Shown here: positions 41,336-54,700 of the stretch, in pieces
How the letters are laid out: each line of letters opens with the position of its first letter
Position numbering within the stretch: position 1 is the first letter of the stretch
Source of the DNA: the human T2T-CHM13v2.0 reference genome, Homo sapiens
Length of the DNA: 64,000 bases
NCBI RefSeq assembly: GCF_009914755.1
Contig: NC_060927.1
Direction: 5' to 3' (one strand)
The notes under the pieces: model-generated
Database searches by the model: none
What the model saw: the letters and a program-made list of their open reading frames with translations, nothing else
What the model was told of the DNA's origin: nothing
Translations under genes and position numbers: made by a program

Positions 41336-44300
41336 GATATGGCATTATTGTAGGAGATAACAAATAACACAATGCTAATACCTTTAAAACAAAGCCAACA
41401 AGACTTTTTACTTTCTCAAGATGCCCTTTCTCTTTTCCAGGTGAAACGATCTTATTATTGTAAATTGCTCTCTTTAGGCTAAATGGAACCTGTCATGTTA
41501 TAGATTGGTCCACTAAATATTTTCATTTTAAAAATAATAGAAGTAATTTGCAGCTATTCAGATAAGCTGAAGGAAAAAAAATCTACTGAAAACTAATGCA
41601 AGTCATTCAGTGACTGGGTACAAATGATTTATAATTGCAGGGGCCAGGTTTTCCCAGGTTTGGACTCACATGAAGACCGGTCATGGAGAGAGAGGAGACT
41701 TGGGTACTGAGTGGGTGTGTTTATGTGCATTTGATTGATTGTATTCTAAATATAAATATTAAAATAAACTTGAACTTTGATTACTTCACGGATTATTATT
41801 ACACAGAACTCTCTGCTAAAGCCGGCAGAGAGACTTAAGTGCTGACTTGAAATATATTTCTAGGTATATTTATATACTACTCAGAAACAAAAAGGAAATA
41901 AATATTTTTAAAGCTTTGCAAGAAAACAACATGCAGCAAAGAGATTAGCCATTTGGTGACCAAAGGCTCAGCCAGGGGAAAGCGTATGTCAGGAATGTAG
42001 ACAGTATGCGACGGACAGACATGGTGCTATTTGGAATAGGAGTTCCCAAGAAGGATCTCTTACATTTGATCCATGAAGCAACAGGTGTTCTTGGAAATAG
42101 GATCCTAGGTTTGGCTCAGACCACAACCTCTGTCAAAATGAGAACAAAGGATTGGAAAAATCACCACCACACTGACAATTCCCATTAACCTCTGGCACGG
42201 AATGACACACTCTTATCTGCCCACAACTGCTGCCCAGTCTGCAGCCTGAAGCTTGTCTCCATTTACAGGCTGTGGAATTACCCTAGCCTCTGAAAATTCA
42301 CCAAGAGCAAATACTGCTGCAACCTGCACTTCTTTGGTGACTAAGACCCCCCTAAGGCTCAGAGGGAAGGCTTGCAGATATATATTTATCTTGATGAGCA
42401 CATATCACATTGCCTGGGCTTTTCAATCCAGGCCAGTAATTGTCCCTCTTTGTTTGGAAAATGCACAGGGATCGAATATCCATCAGTCTAAGGCAGTATA
42501 TAGGGGAAAGAGGAGGAAGGAGCAGGGCAGAAGTTGTTGCCACACACCCATGGCCATGCTACTTTCTCAGCTAAAAATGTGGGGGGGTGTAGTATAGCAG
42601 TGACATCCTGGAAGAGGCTTCTAAAGAAGGAAAGGCTAATACAGGACACTGCCCAACCCCTAACCCAGGACACACATCCCAAATTGGTGCAGACTTTTTC
42701 TTGGCTGTCCATAAATAGCCAATCTCAATGCAGCCATCCAGGCAGTCATTTCCAACTCATCAGACCTGGTATATAAGAAGAAATCTGCTTCATGTATTTC
42801 TGCATAAGGACATAGTATAATCTTTCCCCTGTAGGAGATGAAAACCTAAAACAACCTCAAGCTTAGGGATTTTAACACCATTCATTCCTGGCTAGATTTT
42901 GACCCACATGGCACCATTCTAGAAACCACATAGTCCATAAAGGAAAATGTTATTGCAAAGTAGCAAATGTGAAGGCTTGAAATGTCAAGTGGATTTAAAG
43001 AAAAACTGTACTTCTAAATGGTAACAGGTGGCCTTTACTTTTCACACTCATTTTAAGAGAGAAGATCACAGAGCAGAACACGCTCTTCCTGTCAAGGTGA
43101 AGATGGATAATCAGGCAGGAGGTGAAAATTAAGTCCAACATAAGGATGTTACAAGTCAAAACATTTGAAAAGGTTATAAAAATTTGTTTTCCATGATACT
43201 CAGTGGTTTTGAATCCTTTTGTGGAAGGATAGTATGTGGAATTTGTTGTGTCTTTTCAACTATGATCTGTCCTTCAAGTAGAAAAAAATGGGTTTTGCAG
43301 AGAAGGCCAAGTTGTATTTCAAGAGGGAAAAAAAAAAGACAGTAGAGAATGATTGACAAATAAATACTTTGGTGACAAATACTTGCATGTGTCTTCTCTA
43401 CAGTGTCATCCAACTCTATAAACAAAGTTGAGTCTATCCACATTTAATCAATTCACAGGTGACTTCCTACCTGGAAGAGAACTAAGCCTGGCAGCCAGCA
43501 AGAGGCTCACTGTGAAACCAAGGTCTTTTAGTTTTGTACACAAACCATTGTGTCGTAGCTCCTTATTGGCTGTGTTTTCAATTCTTCAAATCTAGCCGGT
43601 TTGCATAAGCAAACAATATTTCCACTCCACCATTTGATGAACTAATGTCTTGTGCTACCAAAATAGAGAACTTTAAGATGGAAAACCTCTATGGAGGCCT
43701 CTAAGCCATCTTCCTGCCAAAGTGGCATTGTTGCATGGCATGTGTTTTCTAGTACTTTACTTAATCCCATTTTAAATATACCAAGCAAAGAGCCTTTCAC
43801 TGCATAAGCACTCTTCACCATCCAAGAGCTTTCCTTCCTTATACTAAACGTACACTGAACTAAGTTCAAACCATTATTTCTTTTTACTGTTCCCCTCCAG
43901 CACCCTATTTTGTCCCCAGTAACAATTGTTATGGAGAGAGAGGAAAAAAAAGAGTGGACAGAGAATTGATTGTCAGAAGCCTTCAAAAAGAAAACAAAGA
44001 GTTGAAGAACTAGCTTTTAATTCTGCTACAGAATGAAGAATGCACGAAGCACTTTATGAGTTAGTTGATTCCCTGCAGTAGCAGATGAATTTTCTACTCA
44101 GTACCCCTAGTTTTTTAAATGCCTTTTATGCTTTCTTCATTCCCACATGTTATATCTCACCCTACTACATCCTTTGGGTGTTGATTTCCACAGCTGAGTT
44201 AACGCAAGATGAAAGAGTTGCAGAAATTCTGAAAGAGGAAGATCTATTACACCCATTTAATGGGAATAATGTGTTTTTTTTTTTCTGCCAGAAACTCCTA

Positions 44301-45415
44301 GAGGAATACATTCATCTTTAGCTAATCCTTTTAATGATTTTAAAACAGATTTCCTATTATTTTATTGTATAATGAAATCCTTTACACAGTTGATCTACTA
44401 AAATGAATTCACAAGTTAGGCAAAACGATGTTTAGATTTTGACATTCCAATGATAATAAACAAATTAATCTTAAATGATAAAATCACTGATTAGAGTCAT
44501 ATGATACAATGATTTCTAAGGTCCAGAGAGGTCACTCAAAATTCTAAGATCTTTTTTAAAAATTGCATAACAATTTTCAATTCAAAAAGTAAGGAGATGT
44601 GATGGGACTGACTGTCAGAGAGGCCAGTCATTCCTCCTATACATAAAGGAGGATATATAATGGTCCCATGTATCATAATTTATGCCTGGAGAAACCCCCA
44701 GAATTTTTCACATTTCTCCTTTTCATTTCATACTATTTCATAAGTATGTTTCATCAGTTTTCATAAAGTCCTGTTTTCTTTTAACGACATGTGTATGCAT
44801 TTGTGGGAGCATACAAAAACTCTAAGAATAATAATAAATGAGATTTAGTAGGCATTTACTTTAATCCAACAACTAGTGTAAGCTCTGTAGGTAATAACAC
44901 ATTTCACCCTAACAAAATAGTGATGGATTTTATATTAAGGCCATTTTAAAAATGAAGAAACTGAGGTAAAAAAGTTAAGTTACTTCTCTAACTTTATTCA
45001 GTTAAAACCAGTGTGTCCAGAACCTATATGCCCAACCATCATATTTCATTGCATCCCTCAAAAGAGCACCCTAAGCTGATGCCATCTACTACTCCACAGT
45101 TTTTTCTCTCAACCTTGATTGAACATTAAGAAACAAAAACTTAGTAGCAATTATCTGAGTTGTTTGCCTTCAAAAGTTGCTAAAAAGAAATACTCAGAAA
45201 TTTTCTGAGGCCAGAGGACCACTTCAAAACAGCTATACTTGTTGAATGTTGTTTCACTCCAACTAAAATTATATATTGTCTCAAAATGGTGTGCTCGGAA
45301 ATAATTGGCACCATCTTGCCCATTTCTGAGATCAGGTCAAGGCAGTATTCTAAAGAGTGGTCGGCAGCCATCTTATACTAACATTCATCCTGGAGAGGAT
45401 TAAAACATCAACAAG

Positions 45416-45642
45416 ATGTAATTGCTTTATTGACGCACCCCTCATTCCACGGAACCCTCACCACCACACTGAGGTGTAGAGAAGCACTTCCCTAGATGAA
45501 ATGGAAGACACAGAGTTTGAACCAAGGTCTGTATGACTCCAAAAATTTCTCTTTTGACTCTGCTATACTCACAGACAGCATGAAGAGAACTTCTAAGCTT
45601 CTGGAGCAAGGGAAGAGCTTAGATACAGTTTATCTTCATTTT
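45416..45642 (+). repeat. dispersed direct repeat, copy A (~225 bp; partner 46552-46774)
   Basis: About 90% identical to copy B by hand alignment. Confidence 0.95.
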
Positions 45643-46249
45643 GCAAGAATTAAAAACAATCTCCGATATCAACCCTTTTCCATCTCTATTCTCTCTTTTG
45701 GTTATACTTCTTCCAGATAATCCATTCCCAAAAATATGACACCCATAAATCCCTCTCTTCTCTGAATTCCTACAGAATATACATGCCACCACAATTTTCT
45801 CAGTCATTACAGGAAACTTGTATGTTTACTGAATAGTTCCATGCATGTTCCCTCCCTATAAACATTTCAAAGGGTTTCTCTTATATTCTGAATAGATTGC
45901 TTATGATTATGAGATTTTAGAACAAGAAGGAACTCGTGGACAGCATCTGGTAGAAACCAATTATTTTTACCAAGGAATAAAACTAGTGTTAAGAGAGGTT
46001 AAACAGCCCCTCTCAGGTCACACAGCTAGTTAAGAAGCAAATTAACACCAGTATTTAGAGGTTTTTACTCCTGATCCAGAGCTCTTAACCCCATATCCAA
46101 TTTTTCAGCTGAAGAGAAGCCTCACAGGAGATTATACAGAAATATCTGGCTGCTTCCATGTGTTCATATTCACATGCTCAAAAAAATTATACGCAGGACT
46201 AGGGGGTCTGAAAATAAAAAGACCATTAGTAATATTTAAGAATTTCAGT

Positions 46250-47210
46250 ATATAGGAGATTTGACAAGGACTGGAGTCAGAAATGTGGGATAACAAACTT
46301 TAGCCAAGAATAGACGGCAGAAACCCCAGGACAGTATACATGATATTAAACCCATGCAAACCACAAGAACCAATGATCAAAAAATGATATATGGATATTT
46401 AGAAACAAATTTCTTCTCCACTGGATGCCAGTGTGAATTTACTGAGAATAAGTTGCCCTAAGCTAACCTCATTTCTTTCTTTATAATTTTATTACTGGTA
46501 ATAATTAAAGCTACCATTTATAGGAGAATCTATTAGTAATGCCATGTGTGTATGTAATTGCTTTATTAGCGTACCCCTCATTCCACAGAACCCTCACCAC
46601 CACACTGAGGTGTAGAGAAGCCCTTCCCTAGATGAAGTGGAAGACACAGAGTTTGAACTCTGCTCTGACTCCAAAAATTTCTCTTTTGGCTCTGCTATAT
46701 TCACCGAGAGCCTGAAGAGAACTTCTAAGCTTTTAGAGCAAAGGAAGGGCTTAGACACAGTTTATCTTAATTTTATAAAACATATGACAATCTTCTATAA
46801 TCACATATTGTTATGGATATTAGCATTTATTTAAAAAATCATTCCTAATGAATGTTACTTAATAGATTAATATTGAATTGGAGAGAAGTCTCTAGGATAG
46901 TGACACAAAGTTCTGTTTAGGGATCACTGCTCTTAAACATTTGATCAATACATCAGATTAAAATGCAGAACACATGTCTGCAAAACAAACAAACAAACAA
47001 ACAAAAAAATCTTTAGAACAGACAACTCTAAGAAAGACAGCAGTATAATGGCCAAGAAAATAAAGTTTCAAAAACATCTCCACAGACAGCTATACTGGGC
47101 CAAAACTAATCAGAAGAAATTTAACAATTATGAAAGTAAGCTCCTACCTTTAAGCTTCAAAAAAAATCAGCTAAACAAATGCAAGATTAGAGAAATTCAA
47201 CTTGAGAGCC
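46250..47210 (+). mobile_element. L3/CR1 LINE reverse-transcriptase fossil interrupted by a minus-strand MIR (~46500-46700)
   Basis: Translated remnants in CR1 RT order: ANLISFF; KLLEQRKGLDTVYLNF; WREVS..VTQSSV*G; and ORF 47048 YWAKTNQKKFN..KLLPL..KNQLNK (cf. CR1 WA..N.M.FN..KCK.LHLG.KNQ). Confidence 0.75.
46552..46774 (+). repeat. dispersed direct repeat, copy B (probable donor copy)
   Basis: Lies in register within the MIR/L3 context. Confidence 0.95.
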
Positions 47211-47567
47211 ATTTCTCTCTTTTTTTTTTTTTAAATAGTAACTTTTATTTCATCATTGTCCAAGCTCGCCTTCCAGACAGAGAGTATGTGGGATGCCAAA
47301 CCAGCAGATGAGGCTCGATGGGGATGTGGATACAGCTAGCTGATGAGCTGCTGATCTACCCTGAAAGGAAAATTTGGGTTCAAGTCATGCAGAGCCCTAC
47401 TGGGGTATCACATGAAAGGGGCTGGGTAGACCAGAGAGAAATAGATCAAGGCAGTGGCACATCATAGGAACAACAGCCCTTGAGGCAGTGCTGGTAAATT
47501 TGGAGCCATGAGAAGGAGGCAGAAGTCCTGAGTTACTAGACTGGCCATGAGGTTTTTCCAGGCCACG

Positions 47568-47780
47568 AGCAGCCATAAGCAATAGCAAACAGATGAGTGT
47601 GGCCCTGTTCCAATAAAACCTCATTTATGGACACTGAAATTTGAATGTCATGTAATTTTCATGTGTCGCAAAATATTACTCTTCTTTCAATTTTTTCCCA
47701 ATCATTTAAAAATGTAAAAAGCATTCTTAGCCTGCAAATGGTACAGATACAGGCAGAAAGCCTCTGTTCGCCAATTCCAG
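47568..47780. mobile_element. hAT-Charlie MITE (MER58B-like)
   Basis: GCAGCCATA..TGTTCCAATAAAAC..TTTATGGACACTGAAATTTGAAT..CATTTAAAAATGTAAAA..CATTCTTAGC. Confidence 0.8.
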
Positions 47781-48246
47781 TGGTAGACAATAGTTGAATG
47801 AATGAATGAATGAATGTCCTTTATTCAATGTTTTAGAGAACAGAGATAACACCAAAAGCAATGGAAGATGAATTTCACAAGAAGAGAAAATAATTATATG
47901 ATCATTCAGCTATTTTAGAATAATTCTGGGGAACATGTTAAAGTATAAAAGAAAAAAAAAACACTAAAAATAGTCATAACTGTGCAGTAGTAACCTGAGC
48001 CAAAAACTGATTCAAGGAAATGTGGAATTGCTTCCAACAAAAAGAGAGGAAGCTCATCATTTCATAGCTTAAGACATTCCTTGAAGCTGAGGCCAGGAGA
48101 GACACATTAGCATTGAATGTGTGCAAAAAACAGGACATAGCAGCATTTCCATGACAGGACTGGGTTTCCAATTAGCAGTATTTCAGACTGAAACACAAAA
48201 CTTTTTTCCCCCCAGAAGAAAGGCTTTTTAGAAATACATACAAATT

Positions 48247-48310
48247 CGCCACTGCATTCCAGCCTCGGCGACAGAGCGAGACTCCGTCTCAAAATAAATA
48301 AATAAATAAA
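48247..48310 (+). mobile_element. extremely 5'-truncated Alu 3' end with (AAAT)n tail
   Basis: CGCCACTGCATTCCAGCCTCGGCGACAGAGCGAGACTCCGTCTC followed by AAAT repeats. Confidence 0.9.
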
Positions 48311-49182
48311 TTATTTTCTAGGACACTTTGGATTACTATAAGGTTAATTTTTAGTATTTACTCCAACTTATTTGACTATTTCAATTTCATTCTGCTTGCA
48401 CTGAGAAATTGAATCAAACGTAGCAGCACAAATGGTAGCAGCCCCCTTGTTGGAGGAGAAATATGAGAACAAAGCTAATGGGTTTCCTTATTAGATGTGT
48501 GCTTTCCTTGGAAAACTATGCTCCTGAGTTTAGTACCAGGAAATAAATAACTCAGAGTTGAAGATTTTCCCATGAATCATGTACTGCAATTAAACACTTG
48601 AACGCTCTATCCATCAAATATTGCCTGTGTGTCAAATATTATGTTCATGAATATGGTGTGTAGTCCACTAATTTCTAAATGGACAATGTTAATATCAATT
48701 CTAGAGCAAGAGTGATAGGCTGGTTGTGTATTACACAGCAGAGCTTGCCATCATCCTCTTTACATGAAAAAATAATGAATCTCATGTCATTTGCAGGTTC
48801 TTAAAAGCAAAGCATCATGTGGTCACGTGACAATATGAAGCCACAACTCATAAATAGTAAATGCAAGCAGAATTTTCTTATCTTATAACTGAAAGCTCTT
48901 TGATCCTCCTGGGACCCAAACTTCTTTACAAAAAGTTTGGAAGTTCAAGGGAAAAAAAAACCTCTGAATAGGGTGGTTTTTTTTCTCTCTCTTTCCCCTG
49001 GAAGTCAGCCAGTCATTCTATAGCTATAATCATGTCTAGGATAGAAAAATCCATCACCTATGGAAAACCTCAAGGTGCTCATTTTCATGAGTAATACAAA
49101 TATTTCTTTTTTTCTAGAGTAACTCTAAGAAAGCTACTTTTGTAGAGTAGCTAAACATGCTCATTAAGTTTAGCATAGTAGT

Positions 49183-49624
49183 TGTGTTCATTTCCTAGGG
49201 CTGCCATAACAAAATACCACAAACTAGGTGGCTTGAAGCAATTTAAAACGTATTCTCTCACAGTCCTTGAGGCAAGAACTCCAAAACCGAGGTGTTAACA
49301 GGGCCATGCTCCCCGTGAGATTCTGGGTAAAATCCTTCCTTGCCTCTCCCGAGCATCTGCTGGTGACAGCAGTCCCCGGGGTTCCTTGGCTGGCAGCCAG
49401 GTCATGCCAATCTGCCTGTGTTGTCACATGGCGTTCTCCCTGCATCTCTCTCTCCTCTTCTTATAAGGCACCAGTCACATCAAATTAGGAGCCACCTTAC
49501 CCCAGAATGACCTCATCTTAACTAATGACATCTGCAACAATGCTATTTCCCAAAAGGTCGCATTCTGAGGTTTTGGGAGTTAGGATTTCAACACATGTTT
49601 TAGGGGCACACAATTCAACCATAC
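49183..49624 (-). mobile_element. MaLR solo LTR (MLT1C-like)
   Basis: TTTCCTAGGGCTGCCATAACAAAATACCACAAACT..GACCTCATCTTAACTAAT..CACAATTCAACC. Confidence 0.9.
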
Positions 49625-49680
49625 TAGCTCTTCAGGAAATTTGACTCAAAAGATTTCAGGCCCGAAAGAGTTTTCATGTC

Positions 49681-49887
49681 TCCTGGCTAATACGGCGAAA
49701 CCCCATCTCTACTAAAAATACAAGAAATTAGCTGGGCGTAGTGGCAGGCACTGTAGTCCCAGCTACTCAGGAGGCTGAGGCAGGAGAATGGCATTAACCC
49801 GGGAAGTGGAGCTTGCAGTGAGCCGAGATCGCGCCACTGCACTCCAGCGTGGGCAACAGGGCGAGACTCCATCTCAAAAAAAAAAAA
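49681..49887 (+). mobile_element. 5'-truncated AluY
   Basis: TCCTGGCTAA..GGAGAATGGC..GAGCTTGCAG; perfect 16-bp TSD AAAGAGTTTTCATGTC at 49665-49680 and 49888-49903. Confidence 0.93.
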
Positions 49888-50038
49888 AAAGAGTTTTCAT
49901 GTCAATGAAAATCACAGGCACACCCTGTTTTTTGTGCTTCTCCTTATTGTAGTTTTCAGATACTGCAAATTTTCTTTTTAACAAATTGAACATCTGTGGC
50001 AACCCTTTATAGAACAAGTCTATAGGTGCCATTTTTCT

Positions 50039-50222
50039 TTAGTTTATTTCATACATATTTTTTATTTCAATAGCTTTAGAGGTACAAGTGGTCTTTGGTT
50101 ACATGGATGAATGGTATAATGGTGAAGTCTAAGATTTTAGTGCACCCATCACCCGAGTAGTGTACATTGTACCCAATGTTTAGTTATTTATCCTTCACCC
50201 CTCCCCACTTCTTCTTCCCCAA
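50039..50222 (-). mobile_element. short L1PB-type 3' end nested in Tigger1
   Basis: TATTTCAATAGCTTT..GGTTACATGGATGAA..GTGCACCCATCACCCGAG; 18-bp TSD TATAGGTGCCATTTTTCT / TATAGGTGTCATTTATCT. Confidence 0.85.
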
Positions 50223-50819
50223 TATAGGTGTCATTTATCTAACAGCACATGCTCACTTCATGTCTCTATGTCACATTTTGGTAATTTTCACAATATTGCA
50301 AAGTCTTTCATTATTATTTAACCTATTACAGTGATCTGTGATCAGTGATCTTTGATACAACTTTTGTAATGGTTTTGGGACATCATTAACCATGTCCATA
50401 TAAGATGGTGAACTTAATCAATAAACATGTGTATTCTGACTGCTCCACCAACCACCCATTCACCTGTCTCTCTTCCTCTCCTTGGGCCTCCATATTTTCT
50501 GCAATACAACAATATTTAAATTAGGCTGACTAAAAACCTATGATGCCCTCTAAGTGTTCAAGTGAAAGGAAGAGTCACACATCTCCAACTTTAAATCAAA
50601 ACTAATAATGATTAAGCTTAGTGAGGAAGATATGTCAAAAGCTGAAATGGGCCAAAAGTTAAGCTTCTTGTGCCAAAAGCCAAGTTATAAATGCAAGGGA
50701 AAAGTTCTTGAAGGAAATTAAAAATGCTTTTTCAGTGAATACACAAATGATAAGACACCAAAACAGGCTTATTGCTAATATCAAGAGTTTTACTGGTCTG
50801 GATAGAAGACCACATTGGC

Positions 50820-51575
<756 letters not shown>

Positions 51576-52571
51576 CTAGCTAAGACTGAAGAAGGTGGCT
51601 ACACTAAACAATAGATTTTCAGTGTAGATCAAAGAGCCTTATGCTGGAAGAAGATGCCATCTAAGACTTTCATAGTTAGAGAGAAGTCAATGTCTGGCTT
51701 CAAAGCTACAAAAGACAGGCTGACTCACTTATTAGAGGCTAAAATGCAGCTGGTGACTTTAAGTGGAAGCCAATGCTCATTGACCATTCTGAAAATACTA
51801 GAGCCCTTAAGAATTATGCTAAACCTAATCTGCTTGTGCTCTCAAAATGGAACAACAGTGCCTGGATGACAGCACATCTCTTTAAAGCATAGTTTACTAA
51901 ATATTTTAAGCCCATTGTTGAGACCTACTGCTCAGAAAAAAAAGATTCCTTTCAAAATACTACTGCTCATTGATAACGTCAGTGGTCACCCAAGAGCTGT
52001 GACAGACATGCACAAGATGAATGTCGTTTTCATGCCTGCCAACACAGCATTCATTCTGCAGCTCATGGATCAAGGAGTAATTTCAACTTTCAAGTCCTAA
52101 TATTTAAGAAATATGTTCCATAAGGCTGTAGATTGTGATTCCTCTGATGGATTGGGGCAAAGTAAATTGAAAACTGTCTGGAAAGGATTTGCCATTTTAC
52201 ATGCCACTAAGAACATTTGTGATTCATGAGAGGAGGTCAAAATAAAAGACTAACAGGGGTTTGGAAGAAGTTTATTCCAACCCTCATGGATGACTTTGAG
52301 GAGTTCAAGACGTCAATAGAGGAAGTAACTGCTGATGTGGCAGAGATAGCAAGAGAACTACAATTAGAAGTGGAGCCTGAAGATGTGACTGAATTACTAC
52401 AACCTCATAAAACTGAAACAGGTGACATGTTGCTTCTTATGGAGGAGCCAAGAAAGTATTTTCTTGAGATGGAATCTACTCCTGGTGATCCTAATGAAGG
52501 TGCTGTGCACATTGCTGAAATCACAACAAAGAATTCAGAATACTGCATAAACTTCGTTGATAAAGCAATGG

Positions 52572-53064
52572 TGTTGTGCCAAACCCCTATTAACCTCAAT
52601 AGGCAAGTCACCTGTTCAAGAAGCTGAAGATGACAGCCAGAGCCAGCAAATGAGATGTTGGGTTTATTAGGGGATTACTTACAAGGGAGGTTCAGTAGCA
52701 GAGAGCTGGACAGGGGAGCCGCCTTACATACAGAAATGGTACAGTGGTGGTGGGCTGGACAGGAAGGCCACAAAAGTTTGCAAACAGTATGCAGTTTACA
52801 CTGCATTTTCACTTAATACCCTCCCCTTAATGACCTCCACCTGGCAACCTCTATTTAATGGAAAACTCAGGGTCTCAATCCCCTGTATGGCCCATGTTCC
52901 ATGGGATGGGACAAGGACTCAGATGTTCCTCACAGGCAAGGAATGAATCTCCAGGTTGGCCACTCCCAGATTCCCTAGCTCAGAACACATTCAGGTGCAT
53001 CTACCACACACGGTCATCCTCGGGGTGTGTTTCAGTTAATGCTATCAGGTGCATTTACCACACA
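52572..53064 (-). mobile_element. solo LTR (LTR47-like, ERVL class; name tentative) nested in Tigger1
   Basis: TG...CA-bounded 493-bp insert that interrupts the Tigger1 sequence; 5-bp TSD AATGG/AACAG. Confidence 0.75.
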
Positions 53065-53679
53065 AACAGCAGAGTTGAAGAGGATTGACTCCAGTTTTGA
53101 AAGAAATTCTACTATGAGTTCAATGCTGTCAAACAGCATCACGTGATACAGAGGAATATTTCATGAAAGGAAGAGTTCATCAATGCAGCAAACTTCATTG
53201 TTGTCTTATTTTAAGAAACTGCCTCAGCCATCATAAACCTTTAGCAACCATCATCTTGACCAGTTAGTGGCCATCAACATTGAGGCCAGACCCTCCACCA
53301 GCAAAAAGATGAAGACTCGAGAAGGGCTCAGATGATTGTTAGCATATTTTAGCAATAAAGTATTTTTAAATTAAGGTACGTACATTTTAGACATAATGTT
53401 ATTGCACACTTAATAGACTACAGTGTAGCATAAACACAATTTTTATATGCACTGGGAAACCAAAAAATGTGTGTGACTTGCTTTATTGTAACATTCTCTT
53501 TATTGTAGTCATCTGAAACCAGACCCTCAATATCTCTGAGGCGTATGACTATACTAAACAGAGGCCGATAATAAATTAACAAATATTTGTGGTGAACTCC
53601 TTCCATGCAATAGAAAGCATAGGTACCTCTTCCTGGACATCTTTTCCATCCCAGCCACTGTACAACATGTCCTTCACAC

Positions 53680-54700
53680 AACACTGCTAATCCTTTTACC
53701 GTTCTGCAAGGAAGATGTATTATATCATCTCCATCTTACAGATGAGAAAAATGAGGATCCAAGAGGTGCAATGATTTGCCCAATGCCACACAGAGAGCAA
53801 GAGAAGCAAGCAAGCAAGGTTCAAATCTAGGTTTGTCTGGTAGGCAAAGCAGTGAGTAAATGTATAGGACCATGTAATTAAATCACAATAAAATAAATTA
53901 TTCTTATTAATTGACAGTAGAGTGGTATCATTTAGAAATGTTGTAAATGTTCAGAGAAATAAGTAAGTGTGTGGGCTGGATGTCTTTATGATATTTTATT
54001 TTGAGCCCTTTTATAGATAAGGATGACATGAAGAACCACCAATTATTGAGCTCTTACCGTTTGCTTGGTTTTGCAGTAGATACTTGAGATAGAAGATTGA
54101 ATGAGATATAATCTCTGCCTTCAAGAAGCTTATAGCCTATGAAAGGGGAAAGACAAGTAAATGGACGGTTAAAATTTGGTATAATAAGATTATAGGTAAC
54201 ATTTGTGGGACATTTATTCTCTTCCCAGCTCTATTCTAAGTGTTTAACATGCATCTGTGCCTTGGTCCTCACATCAGACCTAAGAGGAGGTGCTATTTTA
54301 ATCTTCATTTTACAGACGAAAAAAAAATGTGCAGAGCAAGTTTATCTTGCCCAGAGCCACATTGCCAGGAAGTGGCAGAGTAACTCCACACTCTCAGCTG
54401 TTAAATGTATTATCATCCCAATAATATATGGAAGAACCCCAGTTAGCACAGACGTTGCAGCAGCACAAAGGTAAGGCACATCACCAAGACCACAGAGTAG
54501 CCAGGAGTGCCTCACAACGGGAGAAATACCTGAGCAGAAACCTAGAAAAGAGTGTGTTCACAGCAAATTCAATGACTTAAGGGAAAATGAGGATAATAAT
54601 CTTATTTGTCTCTTGAGATTGCTATATATATTAAGTGGGATAAATTAGGTAAAACCCTTAGCTCAATGACTGACCATTAGTAAGCACTCAGTACATATGA
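53680..54700. mobile_element. cluster of MIR and L2 fragments
   Basis: TTACAGATGAGAAAAATGAGG..TGCCCAATGCCACACAG; TTATTGAGC..TCTCTGCCTTCAAGAAGCTTATAG; CATTTTACAGACGAA..CTTGCCCAGAGCCACA. Confidence 0.65.

Noticed and set aside
51654-52627. Transposase-like ORFs suggesting a domesticated TIGD-type gene
   Set aside because: The frame is broken by stops and frameshifts and interrupted by Alu and LTR insertions; ordinary dead Tigger1.
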